Source of the DNA: an uncultured archaeon
GTDB taxonomy: Archaea; Asgardarchaeota; Thorarchaeia; Thorarchaeales; Thorarchaeaceae
Length of the DNA: 26,266 bases
Assembly: GCA_964458565.1 (NCBI GenBank)
Contig: CAYWJO010000047.1
Location: 1 to 26,266, forward strand
Direction: 5' to 3'
The notes below the pieces were generated by a model. It had not been told where the DNA came from, did not search any database, and worked only from the letters and a program-made list of their open reading frames with translations. Positions 1 through 9,826 of the stretch are shown piece after piece; positions within the stretch are counted from its first letter, which is position 1; each line of letters opens with the position of its first letter. The position numbers and the translations under genes are program-made.

Positions 1-44
1 TAAACAACAGAGGTGAAATCTAACAGCAGAGGAACAGAGTAAAA

Positions 45-157
45 TGGCGCTGAGGGAGAGATTTGAACTCTCGCGTGCAGAGCACACTGGATGTTTGCTG
101 AACTGCTAAAGACGTTCAATAGCAATCCAGCTCCTTGCCAGGCTCGGATACCTCAGC
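45..157 (-). tRNA. tRNA-Ser(GCT) with 27-nt canonical 37/38 intron (93..119), CCA encoded
   Basis: Minus strand gives acceptor stem GCTGAGG/CCTCAGC + G + CCA, anticodon stem CTGGA/TCCAG with GCT, long variable arm GTGC-TCT-GCAC and T-arm GAGAG-TTCAAAT-CTCTC. The intron forms a clean bulge-helix-bulge (TTGC/GCAA central helix, TGAAC/GTTCA outer helix). Confidence 0.95.
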
Positions 158-208
158 GTGTTTGAGCGATGCAGACTCGGACAGGATTCTCTCATAAAGA
201 TTGTGACA
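140..208 (-). repeat. Repeat R0: tRNA-Ser 5' 18 nt + leader + promoter (the copy in the intact tRNA gene)
   Basis: aggctcggatacctcagcgtgtttgagcgatgcagactcggacaggattctctcataaagattgtgaca; reference copy for R1-R4. Confidence 0.9.
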
Positions 209-302
209 TGGTTTTACTCCTCAAAATTCAAATGCGATTAATGCATTAATGAATACTATCGAATTTCATTTAGTGTAATGAGGAGGAGTCTACACTGATT
301 GA

Positions 303-1691
303 TATTATGGGTACAGAAAGTCAACCAAATCCATTGTTTTTGGTCAAGCTGTTATCTTGGAAGAATCCGATTCTCATACAGAAATGTTTGTCTGTCAAGA
401 TCCAAGAAATATTGGTTGTTTCCTGATAGGATTATTCACCGAATCAACAATCTCTCATGAATCTGGATTTTCAAGGATGGATAATGATGTCACCAGACTT
501 GAGAGAGTTCTCAGATTTGAGCCTGAATATATTGATACAAAACCGCTCATTATCGAGAAGTCAGACAACGATATCTTGTGTTGGACTTGGAATATCGCAA
601 ACCTTGGTTGGGAGTTTCTTGGACACATCAAATTGATTTCAAGACATAAAGGACGGATTGCACTTCTTGATGCTTTGAAAGTCACATCAGATTCTTTTGA
701 AGGAATAAATCCCCCAGAAATTGCATACCCTCCTGATTTTGAAGAAAAAGCTTGGATGGTGATAAATAGATTTTACATATTGCGAAAACAGATAATTCCA
801 GTTGAGATTTCTCTGAAACAGAAAGGAAGCGGCTGCATAATCTCTTTTACAGATTCTGAAAATTATACAACTATTCATGAGGTAGAGATAGAAAGTGTAC
901 CAGATGCCATTACCACACTAAGGGCCGGATATTTGTTTCAAACAACAATTGATAATTTTATGACTTGGAATGTATATCATGACATAGAATATGGTGATTT
1001 TGAAGCTCTAAAACCACTTGTGGAAACTAGTACAGCATTAAGAACAAGGACTAAAATTCCTTCCTTATTGCAGAATATGCTGGAACCTGAAGACGACAGA
1101 ATCAAACTTGTTTTGACTCATGATGAATCAAATTGTCCAGTGGTAAAGAGGGGCATGAAGAAACACGATTCGTGTTGGATAATAATTAGTCATGAAGACA
1201 ATATGTTAGACCTTTCAGATATTCCATCACCACTTAATGGTGAGCAAGTATATGCTACATTGGCTTCTGGTAAAATCTACTCGGGTTCCCAGAAATATTC
1301 GTTTGATCTTGAATTGATACCTGAATATGGTAATTCTGCCTTTTCTGTATTTCAAGAGGATAGATGGATATTGAGATTGTTGAGAGAGCAAGGCATGAAT
1401 TTGATTGGAATGCCTGTTGGATCATTCATTGTTTCTAAAGAAGAAAAGTGGAAGGTTGTTGTTAATGTCGAAAAAACTCACCTGACATGGGTATTAATTT
1501 CTGAAACTACAGGTAGACAATATGGTGATGGATTAGTGCTAATTCAGTTCTCCACCTTGGATTCAATTGATGATATTGTTGAAGCTACAACTGAGCAGAT
1601 ATTGTCACACATGACTCAAGACGATTTAGTTGATTTTGAATTATTTCCAAATAAGCTGAGATCACTACTAACTAGCAAAGGTTTGAAGTAA
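303..1691 (+). CDS. Uncharacterised protein, probably a 5'-truncated C-terminal remnant (family copy A)
   Basis: 444-aa ORF from TTG 357; the frame is open from 303 with no clear start or RBS. It aligns by eye with 7649..8302 and 24325..26124 (WNVYHDIEY, LKPLV, LTHDESNCP, HDSCW). The stop codon abuts repeat R1. Confidence 0.7.
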   Translation, partial: YYGYRKSTKSIVFGQAVILEESDSHTEMFVCQDPRNIGCFLIGLFTESTISHESGFSRMDNDVTRLERVLRFEPEYIDTKPLIIEKSDNDILCWTWNIANLGWEFLGHIKLISRHKGRIALLDALKVTSDSFEGINPPEIAYPPDFEEKAWMVINRFYILRKQIIPVEISLKQKGSGCIISFTDSENYTTIHEVEIESVPDAITTLRAGYLFQTTIDNFMTWNVYHDIEYGDFEALKPLVETSTALRTRTKIPSLLQNMLEPEDDRIKLVLTHDESNCPVVKRGMKKHDSCWIIISHEDNMLDLSDIPSPLNGEQVYATLASGKIYSGSQKYSFDLELIPEYGNSAFSVFQEDRWILRLLREQGMNLIGMPVGSFIVSKEEKWKVVVNVEKTHLTWVLISETTGRQYGDGLVLIQFSTLDSIDDIVEATTEQILSHMTQDDLVDFELFPNKLRSLLTSKGLK

Positions 1692-1694
1692 AAA

Positions 1695-1763
1695 AGGCTG
1701 GGATACCTCAGCGTGTTTGAGCGATGCAGACTCGGATAGAATTCTCTCATAAAGATTGTGACA
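1695..1763 (-). repeat. Repeat R1: displaced tRNA-Ser 5' fragment + leader + promoter
   Basis: 1696..1763 matches 141..208 at 65/68 by manual alignment; identity to the tRNA stops in the D-loop at an A-run. Confidence 0.93.
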
Positions 1764-1825
1764 GGATACTGGTTCAGATATGAGATTCTGCTACACTCAA
1801 CCAAAACTAAGGCTCTTCAGAATAT

Positions 1826-3007
1826 TTAGTATTTCTCCTTTCTTCTAAACATAGTAAAATATAGGATTGATACGATTACCATACTATTGACAGGTATGAG
1901 AAGGGCCACTATGTTGGCATCTATTGGTATATCTCCAAAGTATACATACCTAGGATTTGTAAAATCTATCAAATTGCCATCGTATGCATCCCGTGGAAAT
2001 TCTAATGGCTCCTGTGTTAGATTAAAATTAGCATATTTCAATACCCACCCTAACTGAAATCTTAAAGAATATTCATCTGGTTCTTGACCTAAATATAGCA
2101 TTCTTAGATTCGCTCCCATATATTGATAATTCTCTTCGATAGACTTTTCATCACTTGAAATATAGCTGCGCACAAGATCCGGATTTATTACATTTGTTAC
2201 ATCTATCTCTGGTATCTCTATGCACCTGTATTCAAAATTAATGATGTAACCTGTTAGTGCATCTAAGTAAACAGTCACTCCCTGAAACATCTCATCAGGT
2301 GCTATTGAATTTCTTTCATATGCTATTTCGATTTTATACATGCTTGGATTGTTTTCATTTGGATAAGGGATTATCTCAATCACACGCATGTTTACATGTA
2401 AGGTATACCCTTTTTCCTTGAGAAAGTCTGCAAATACAGTTTTAATCTGATCTTCATCCGCCGGCAATTGATTTTCATTTATGTAATTTTGTCTTAATTC
2501 CACCGGCCATATATCCAATCCATTTTCGAAACGAGGTATATAGACAGCTACCTTCTTACTTATCGGATTGATTCCAACAAGAACACCATTAGGATTTGAT
2601 TGATTCTTGCCTATGAACCTGAGATATACCAAAGGTGGTCCAACTGACGTATTGAAATAATGTGGAGTGGGTTCCAGAAAAGAAAACAACGTGTCACCGA
2701 TGAAGTCACGAGCAATTGAATATAACTCGCTGTTGTTAAGTTTCATTAGGCGTACAAAAGAAACTGAGAAAAGAGAAGGATTTGTATTACTTCTATTGAA
2801 AACTCCCTTGTATATCACTGGATCTATTGCTTCACTTGTGATATTAGAGAATTCTGTTTCTTGAATCGGAGTACCACTGGAAATAATCTGATCTTCTCGG
2901 GCGCGTGTTAAATTAAATGCAACTGTTGGTATTGAGAATCCCGCAACACCAATCAATATAACTAAAATAACTGATTGAAGTAATCTCAATTTCTTTGATT
3001 CTATCAT
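1826..3007 (-). CDS. Membrane-anchored extracellular protein with N- and C-terminal hydrophobic helices and possible PepSY/YcdB-like repeats
   Basis: N-terminal signal/TM segment, C-terminal TM followed by RRKEKY, and recurring motifs VGINPISKKV, VYLDALTGYI, RDAYDGNLI resembling PepSY-type IDA.TG.I turns. Confidence 0.55.
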   Translation of the reverse strand: MIESKKLRLLQSVILVILIGVAGFSIPTVAFNLTRAREDQIISSGTPIQETEFSNITSEAIDPVIYKGVFNRSNTNPSLFSVSFVRLMKLNNSELYSIARDFIGDTLFSFLEPTPHYFNTSVGPPLVYLRFIGKNQSNPNGVLVGINPISKKVAVYIPRFENGLDIWPVELRQNYINENQLPADEDQIKTVFADFLKEKGYTLHVNMRVIEIIPYPNENNPSMYKIEIAYERNSIAPDEMFQGVTVYLDALTGYIINFEYRCIEIPEIDVTNVINPDLVRSYISSDEKSIEENYQYMGANLRMLYLGQEPDEYSLRFQLGWVLKYANFNLTQEPLEFPRDAYDGNLIDFTNPRYVYFGDIPIDANIVALLIPVNSMVIVSILYFTMFRRKEKY

Positions 3008-3112
3008 TACCTTTCATATTATACATTCCTAATAACTATATTATTCTACGTCTAGAGCTTCCCATTCAAATAACCACATATTCTTTACATAATGAAGCTC
3101 AAATAATAGAGC

Positions 3113-3568
3113 TTAATCATAAAGCGGCTGTGATTTCCACATCACCAAAGTTTCATAAAATGTAATACAACATGCAATTAACAAAGTGATGAGCAATACA
3201 ATATTGGATGGGTCCAAGCGTAATCCGAATATCAAGAGAAACCCGACAATCTCTGATAGAAAAAATACGAAATAGATTAAATAGCGTGGTAGAATTAACC
3301 CTCGTCGTCCTATGAAGAATCGAAGAATTCCGACACGTACTTCTTTTGAAACATAGTATCCTCCATGAGGATTCATTTTCACTAGATCTAAATCCTTCAA
3401 TTTATCAAGATGATGCAAAGCTAAACTTGCGCTTGATAGTCGTGCTTTTCGCTGAATATCTCTTAGACTTAGCTGATTTCTCTCTTTGAGAAGGACATAA
3501 TATACTTTTAATGTAGTCCCACTCAATTTCTTCTCAAGCGATTTTCTATCAATCCAATCATCATCCAT
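3113..3568 (-). CDS. Winged-HTH (ArsR-like) regulator with two C-terminal TM helices
   Basis: LSGTTLKVYYVLL..LSLRDIQRKARLSSASLALHHLDKLKDLDLV..GGYYV followed by two hydrophobic segments. Confidence 0.75.
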   Translation of the reverse strand: MDDDWIDRKSLEKKLSGTTLKVYYVLLKERNQLSLRDIQRKARLSSASLALHHLDKLKDLDLVKMNPHGGYYVSKEVRVGILRFFIGRRGLILPRYLIYFVFFLSEIVGFLLIFGLRLDPSNIVLLITLLIACCITFYETLVMWKSQPLYD

Positions 3569-3698
3569 TTTATACCACTCAATTTCCTGATATACACTAA
3601 TCTATGAAATCAGACATTGATTCGGAATTTCATTTTCAATTATCTTTTCCTCTCTATTTTAATCCTACATATGTCAAAGCGGTTTGAGATTTAGAATT

Positions 3699-5363
3699 TT
3701 ACACCCAAGGTGGATCTCTTAGAGCCCAATAATACTGACAGCACCAAGGACTCTCTTTGATATTTTGAGGATTCTCAGGATGATGACTATCCATACAGCA
3801 TTCAGGATTACTACAATAAACCTCATATCCTTGGCTATTCAATATCAAGATGCCTGTGTTATGGTTAAATTCATGAAGGAATGCCGTTCTTCTATAAGCA
3901 AGAATCGAAGGATTCCCAGTTATTTCTGATTGATATTTACATGCATCTTCGAAAATACAGAATCCTAATCTTTCTCCTACTCCATACATTCCCAAGACTG
4001 CATATCCAGAATCTAAATATTTCCTAGTACCTATCAGGCACCATTGCCATGGGTCATAATCATGAGTGAAATATTGATTGCGAAGATTGCTGAAATCTCC
4101 ATTACTTATAGCACCATCATAAGGGATAAAATCATTATCGATATCATAATCGAATCTAGTGAATCCTCGAAGAATGTGATATGTGCGAGTATAATCTATC
4201 ATATTCCTGATTTTTGATTTTGTAAGAATATATCCACTATTTCCAATCTTTTGCATTCTATCGACTTCAAGCTGTTGAACTCGATATGTAACATGATTAA
4301 AATTAATCCTCTTTCCATAATATGTATTAGACCCAACAAGTTCCAAACCAAGAACAAATGCTGTTCCGTCAGATGGTTCATAGCTAAGGCTTTCTTCATA
4401 TGACCCTGGACTTGTGACTGTAAATTTGTAGTTTCCATTAACATATACCTTTAAATTTCGTGAGTATGGATCATTATCATTTTCAGTCCAGAGATCTATT
4501 ATTGTTGATGTACCTCCTTTTACTTCATACTCTAATAGTGAATTATCTTCTTGTGGGAAATATTCCCAAAATGCTAGAATTGGATTACCTGAAGCTGGCC
4601 ACTGACTCTCAAAAGGTTGAATATATGTCAGCTTCCATGCATGATCTTTATGCGCTCCCCAGCTAATTTCAAGTTCGATTTCGTGTTCACCTGCCCCTAC
4701 TCCCCATACAGTGACAGCACTATGAAAACCAGAATTACTTCCTTGAGGAAAAATTTCACTGCTATATACCTCATTTCCATCAAAATAGACATAAAACATC
4801 CTTGAGTAGATAGTTTCCTGATCAGGTTCGATATCTATGAATATATCTAATGCCCAAACGTATGCTGGAAGGTCAATAAGAAAGGCAAGAACTGATTGGC
4901 CCTTAAAAGGAAACCAGTGTCCATTTTTCGCTGGTGATTGAAGTTCTTGGCGTCGCCATTCCGATGGAGTATATGGATTTCCCTCATCTGTTCCTGTAGG
5001 ACTAGAAAGTAGTTGAAAATCCAAATCCGTTTCTGTTGTTTTGTTATTGTCTTCACTAACAAAGGCAGAATACTCACTTCTATCAATTCCTTCTGGATTT
5101 GGGATGTTTAGGGAGTTTGATATTATTTCACTCTCAGAAGGCAATTCTTTTAGCCATTCTGCAGACATAAAATACGTTTCAGGTGAAAAAATGTCATTGT
5201 TCAATTCAGATTGTAATATATCTTGTGAATATATTGCACCATCATTTCCACCCATCATCATATATTTTGTATTCTCACTCTGAAAAGATGGTGTTGGAAA
5301 TATCAAAATTCCCACTAACACAATAAGAAGAATGCATTGTACATGCACTATTTTGACCTTCAT
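3699..5363 (-). CDS. Secreted protein with C-terminal zincin (HEXXH) metallopeptidase-like domain
   Basis: Signal peptide, two similar beta-rich segments (YSRMFYVYFDGN / YSRNLKVYVNGN), then FLHEFNHNTG..YCSNPECCM..CC, reminiscent of the archaemetzincin C-x4-C-x-M motif. Confidence 0.6.
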   Translation of the reverse strand: MKVKIVHVQCILLIVLVGILIFPTPSFQSENTKYMMMGGNDGAIYSQDILQSELNNDIFSPETYFMSAEWLKELPSESEIISNSLNIPNPEGIDRSEYSAFVSEDNNKTTETDLDFQLLSSPTGTDEGNPYTPSEWRRQELQSPAKNGHWFPFKGQSVLAFLIDLPAYVWALDIFIDIEPDQETIYSRMFYVYFDGNEVYSSEIFPQGSNSGFHSAVTVWGVGAGEHEIELEISWGAHKDHAWKLTYIQPFESQWPASGNPILAFWEYFPQEDNSLLEYEVKGGTSTIIDLWTENDNDPYSRNLKVYVNGNYKFTVTSPGSYEESLSYEPSDGTAFVLGLELVGSNTYYGKRINFNHVTYRVQQLEVDRMQKIGNSGYILTKSKIRNMIDYTRTYHILRGFTRFDYDIDNDFIPYDGAISNGDFSNLRNQYFTHDYDPWQWCLIGTRKYLDSGYAVLGMYGVGERLGFCIFEDACKYQSEITGNPSILAYRRTAFLHEFNHNTGILILNSQGYEVYCSNPECCMDSHHPENPQNIKESPWCCQYYWALRDPPWV

Positions 5364-5458
5364 TCAAACTTTCCCTCTCAAAACAATTAGAATATCTTCT
5401 ATTGGTTTGTGATTTTATCATTCAATTACTTAATAAATTTAATTGAAAAAAACTGATA

Positions 5459-5520
5459 GGATACCTCAGCATGTTTGAACGATGCAGATTCGGACTTCAT
5501 GTTCTCATAAAGATTGTGAC
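5459..5520 (-). repeat. Repeat R2: tRNA-Ser 5' 12 nt + leader + promoter
   Basis: 54/62 identity to 146..207 by manual alignment; terminal 18-mer tctcataaagattgtgac identical. Confidence 0.9.
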
Positions 5521-5606
5521 GTGGAGATATTGATTGGTCATTTCCTATAGACACGAAATACAACATTTGTGTTTGGTATCAATAATACCAAACAAAACCA
5601 CATCTA

Positions 5607-7421
5607 CTACATATCAAAATCTTCGAACTCTTCCAATGGATCTATCCCCTCGAGGTCCTCTCCTTCTTCTCGAAGTCTGAAAATCGCCATTTCATATGCC
5701 TTGAGTACGTCTGCCTTTGTGATGAAACCAATCATCTTATCTGGGTATCTCGGGTCGACCACAACAGCATGGCCTTCATCTCTTTCAAGCATAGCATGTA
5801 GGACGCTGTCCATCGAATCATCTGGTTTGAGATGCAGGAAATCTCGTTTCATGAGGTCCCCTACAACATATTCACAGTCTTCATCTTCACAGAATAAATC
5901 CTCAGTAATCAGAGTGCCAACTACCTTCCCATCAGCATCCACCACAGGAAACTTGGTGTGCTGTGTAATATCAACGATCTTCAAGACCTGATTCTTAGTC
6001 ATTTCAGGGTTTAATACTGTAGGTGTCGAAGTCATAACTTGAGATGCTTTCGCTTCTTTCAATGCACCAATATAGGCTCCCCGACGTATCTTAACCCCTC
6101 TTCGTGATAGTTTGAGGGTATATATGCTCTCTTCCTCAATTGATGCAGAGATCAGGTAGGAAGTAGAAACAGCAATCATTAGGGGAAGTATTAAGGAGTA
6201 GTCTTTGGTCATCTCCATTACCATTACAATACAAGTGATTGGTGCTCTACCAGAACCTGCAAATAATGCTGCCATTCCAACGATAGCAAAAGACATTGGC
6301 TGAGGTACAATTCCAGGAAAAAGAATCGAGAAGGTCAATCCAAACGCTCCACCTAGGGCAGTCCCTATATACAGTGTTGGAGCAAAGACACCACCAGATC
6401 CACCAGAACCAAGAGTGAATGCTGTGGCAAATGCCTTCAATATACCAAAAACGATGAGTGCAATTAGAGCTACATTGCCTAACAATACTGAATCTATGAA
6501 TGAATATCCAACTCCCATAATTGCTGGAACATAAGGCTCATACAGACCGAACTCACCAGCGTATGCAAAAGTACTCTCTAGCATTATGACAACAATCGCA
6601 AGACCACCAATCATTAATCCTCCAATCGCTGGGAGTAGATATCCGGATATCTTGATTCGTTCGAAGATATCCTCTATCTTGTAAAAACCTCTAGTCCAGA
6701 TCACACTTACAAGACCTAACAATAGGCCTAATCCCAGATACAACAGAAGCTCAAAGTAGTTGTTTAAAACAAAAGATGTTTCTAGAAATGATGTCTGCGG
6801 ACCCAGAAAGACATTAGCAACAGCTGTTGCTAGAACAGATGCGAGAATGACAGGGACTATTGAGAAACCTGCAAGACCCCCTGCAATTACTTCTACTCCA
6901 AACAGTGTCCCTCCAAGAGGAGCATTGAATGTAGCTGCAATACCAGATGAAACCCCACAGACAACCATCGTTTTGGTCAGTCGACTATTGAGATTCAATA
7001 ATTGCGCAATGCTTGATCCCACACCTCCACCTATCTGAGCGATTGGTCCTTCTCGACCACACGATCCTCCGGATCCTATACAGATTGCAGATGCAAGGCT
7101 TTTCAAAATTGGGACCCGCATTCGTATACGCCCCCTTTTCATTGCATATGCATCCATAATCTCAGGTACACCATGCCCTTTTGCCTCAGGGGCATACCTC
7201 ATCACTATAAAGGCAACCATCAACCCTCCTAAAACAGGAATGATGACCCACCCTATAGGTCCCCAATTCTGTGGAATAAAGACAAAGATCGTACTGATTC
7301 CAATAATCAACCATCTAAAACCTACAGCCACAAATCCTGATACAATACCTATAATTGCTCCAAGTGAATAGATTCTTACTTCTTGTTTCATTATCTGTCT
7401 TCTTAACATGAGATATGTCAC
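5607..7421 (-). CDS. CLC-family chloride channel/antiporter with C-terminal CBS pair
   Basis: CLC motifs GHGVPE, GREGP, FNAPLGG, GVFAP and IYT, many TM helices, and CBS domains (FPVVDADGKVVG, GFITKADVL). Confidence 0.93.
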   Translation of the reverse strand: MTYLMLRRQIMKQEVRIYSLGAIIGIVSGFVAVGFRWLIIGISTIFVFIPQNWGPIGWVIIPVLGGLMVAFIVMRYAPEAKGHGVPEIMDAYAMKRGRIRMRVPILKSLASAICIGSGGSCGREGPIAQIGGGVGSSIAQLLNLNSRLTKTMVVCGVSSGIAATFNAPLGGTLFGVEVIAGGLAGFSIVPVILASVLATAVANVFLGPQTSFLETSFVLNNYFELLLYLGLGLLLGLVSVIWTRGFYKIEDIFERIKISGYLLPAIGGLMIGGLAIVVIMLESTFAYAGEFGLYEPYVPAIMGVGYSFIDSVLLGNVALIALIVFGILKAFATAFTLGSGGSGGVFAPTLYIGTALGGAFGLTFSILFPGIVPQPMSFAIVGMAALFAGSGRAPITCIVMVMEMTKDYSLILPLMIAVSTSYLISASIEEESIYTLKLSRRGVKIRRGAYIGALKEAKASQVMTSTPTVLNPEMTKNQVLKIVDITQHTKFPVVDADGKVVGTLITEDLFCEDEDCEYVVGDLMKRDFLHLKPDDSMDSVLHAMLERDEGHAVVVDPRYPDKMIGFITKADVLKAYEMAIFRLREEGEDLEGIDPLEEFEDFDM

Positions 7422-7542
7422 ATCTATTCACTATGCACCTAGATTAGTGACCAATAAACATAGCATGCTACTAACGAAGGGTTATAGCAAAACAACACTT
7501 TTGAATGGTTCTTAAAGCTTCTTACAACGAATGAATGGAAAA

Positions 7543-7646
7543 AGGTGCAACGGCTCTCACAGTATCGGATGTCCATTCCTACTGAGCTAAATCGAAGCTT
7601 TTCTCAAAGCAGCTACCTCTGGGGCTCCACCACTCCGCCTTAGTGC
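7543..7646 (-). repeat. Duplicated 3' third of the SRP RNA gene (att-like fragment)
   Basis: 103/104 identical to 9926..10029, with a single mismatch at 7550/9933. Confidence 0.95.
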
Positions 7647-7648
7647 CT

Positions 7649-8302
7649 TAGTGACGACCTCGAAGGCATAAATCCTCCTGATATAGGATATCCGTCTGAC
7701 TTAGAACAGAGAGATTGGATATCCGTGAAACGATTTTACAGCTTACGGAAACATGAAATCCCTGTTAAAGTTTCATTAGAAGAAGTGAATGAACAGTGTA
7801 AAATTGCCTTTTCAGATTCTCAAGAAGAAACGACAATTCGTGAAATAAGTGTGAGGTGCACATCAGATGCCATATCTATTCTTAGAAGTGGTTACTCATT
7901 ACAATCTAGTATTGATAAAAGCATGACATGGAATTCATATCATGATGTTGATTATGGTGATTTTGACTCATTGAAACCATTTGTTGAAACAGATTCTGCA
8001 GTGAGAACAAAAACTAGGATTCCCGTTCTCTTATGTGATTTATTGGATTCTGAACAAGAACATCTGGAACTTGTACTGACACATGATGAAGCAAATTGTC
8101 CTGTAATGAAAGACGGTTTTTTGGACATGGGTCGTGCTGGAGAGTAATCCCCGATTCAGATATTGTGATGGATATGAAGGATATGTTTCCTCCAATGACA
8201 GGAGAAGAAGTATATGCACTTCTATCATCAGGAGTGATTTACTTGGAAAGTCGAAATTATGTATTTGAGCTGAATTTAATACCTGATTATGAGAGTCCAT
8301 AA
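7649..8302 (+). pseudogene. Internal fragment of the uncharacterised family (copy B), frameshifted
   Basis: Reads LEGINPPDIGYPSDLEQRDW..KRFYSLRK.. against FEGINPPEIAYPPDFEEKAW..NRFYILRK in copy A. Adding one T to the T6 run at 8117..8122 joins ORFs 7725..8147 and 8096..8302 (GFFGHGSCW vs GMKKHDSCW). Truncated at both ends. Confidence 0.85.
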
Positions 8303-8660
8303 TCATGTGGATGCAAACAACGGGTGGATAGTGGGCGATGAAGTCCCAATCATGTATACACCCGATGGTGGACTGAGCTGGTATGAACAGAGCACCTCTG
8401 AAGGTGTTTATTATCGACTATATGCAGTAGACTTTGTGGATCAGACTCATGGATGGGCTGTTGGATCAGGTGGATACATCCTTCGTACAACCAGAGGAAA
8501 TTCTACTGATATGCGGCTATGGACTGGCATGAATGATCCTATCTTCTTATCTATCATTGGTGGTCTAACAGGGGTTGCAGTGGTCGTAGTCATCACACTC
8601 TGGATCATACGAAGCAGAATTGGGTCTAAGCAAAGAAGTCAACAAGGTCTTGATTTGTAG
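8289..8660 (+). pseudogene. C-terminal fragment of a YCF48/BNR-repeat beta-propeller protein with TM anchor
   Basis: NGWIVGD..IMYTPDGGLSW, VDFVDQTHGWAVGSGGYILRT, C-terminal TM. Only about 2 blades and no signal peptide. Confidence 0.7.
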
Positions 8661-8691
8661 AATGTCTCTGTAACGTGATAAACCGCCTCCT

Positions 8692-8723
8692 AGGCTGCTT
8701 CAGTATGTTTGAACGATACAGAC
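8692..8723 (-). repeat. Repeat R3: degenerate partial copy
   Basis: cttcagtatgtttgaacgatacagac (8698..8723) matches R2 cctcagcatgtttgaacgatgcagat at 22/26 and is preceded by aggct; the promoter block is lost. Confidence 0.65.
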
Positions 8724-8836
8724 AACTCAGAACAGAAGTACAAATCAGAAGCAGATTTTTTGTGTGTAACTAAACACAACAACCGTTATACAATGCAATA
8801 ACTATGATTATTGTGTATCAATGGAGGAATGGGAAT

Positions 8837-9826
8837 TTGAATCATTCCAAAAGCTCAATAATTTTTTTCTTAGCAATTTTACTCTCTCTAAATCTAATCA
8901 ATACATCAATGATGGGTGTACCTGTGAGGGCGGATATTTTCTTCTATGATGACACCAATGTAATGGGAATCGTCACATCAAATCCAAACATCAGCATGCC
9001 CGAAGCGTATGTCTATGTAGATGCGGTAGTCACATCCAACTGGGACTACGACTTTGAAATCAATTGCTCTTACATGGTAAGAAGTAATAACACTTGTAAT
9101 GAAACGATAGCATTCGTTTATCCATGGTACACTTCAGATGACTATGTGAGTACGGAAATAGGTCCAATTCTTGGTGAATATAACATCTCTATTGATAGTG
9201 TTCCTGTATATCATGAAACCAAAACATGGAATGAGATACCTTCTGAGATACAGGATGCTTTCAGTTGGCACAACGATGCGTTCACTTTCGAGATTTTCAA
9301 CATAACTCTCGAAGGAAATAGAACCTCTGAGATTCAAATCTTTGGTGAATTTGAATACTCAACGATTTATAACCTATTTTATTTCTTTTACATGGTCGAA
9401 ACTGCAAGATGGTGGGCAGGAAATACAAGAGAAATCGTTGTAATGGACATAGATGTACAAACAACCATTGAGTCGATTCATTTTATACCTGATTCCTTCT
9501 TATCACAGTCCATTAATGGTAGTAGACACATTGGAGAATGGAATTTTACTATAGATGAATTTCCATCCGATACAGCAACAGCATTCTATGTAATTCAATA
9601 TATTCCTCCATTTCCGTATTCGACTACCAGTACACCAGAAACCTCCTTCAACACAACAACAACCTTGGTGACAACTTCTTCGACTCCAACCACATCTTCC
9701 TCAGTGGTAACTACTTCAACTTCACCTGCAATGGACAATGCAAATCTTGTATTCACTATAGGAATAATTAGCGGTAGTGCAATAGTTCTGATTGCAGCTG
9801 TTGTTTATCTTCTCAGAAAACGTTGA
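8837..9826 (+). CDS. Cell-surface protein: signal peptide, beta-rich (possibly DUF4424-like) domain, Ser/Thr linker, C-terminal TM + RKR
   Basis: Likely TTG start 8837 after GGAGG (track start 8804); motif YMVETARWWAG; stalk STTSTPETSFNTTTTLVTTSSTPTTSSS; several N-x-S/T sequons. Confidence 0.7.
   Translation: MNHSKSSIIFFLAILLSLNLINTSMMGVPVRADIFFYDDTNVMGIVTSNPNISMPEAYVYVDAVVTSNWDYDFEINCSYMVRSNNTCNETIAFVYPWYTSDDYVSTEIGPILGEYNISIDSVPVYHETKTWNEIPSEIQDAFSWHNDAFTFEIFNITLEGNRTSEIQIFGEFEYSTIYNLFYFFYMVETARWWAGNTREIVVMDIDVQTTIESIHFIPDSFLSQSINGSRHIGEWNFTIDEFPSDTATAFYVIQYIPPFPYSTTSTPETSFNTTTTLVTTSSTPTTSSSVVTTSTSPAMDNANLVFTIGIISGSAIVLIAAVVYLLRKR

Noticed and set aside
1695-1712. tRNA 5' fragments as trans-spliced split-tRNA halves
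   Set aside because: No complementary GC-rich extension or BHB partner is visible, an intact tRNA-Ser is present, and the 3' fragment at 24214 has a non-matching acceptor stem.
9622-9726. Low-complexity tract as a tandem repeat element
   Set aside because: Explained by the Ser/Thr-rich linker coding sequence; no exact repeat unit.
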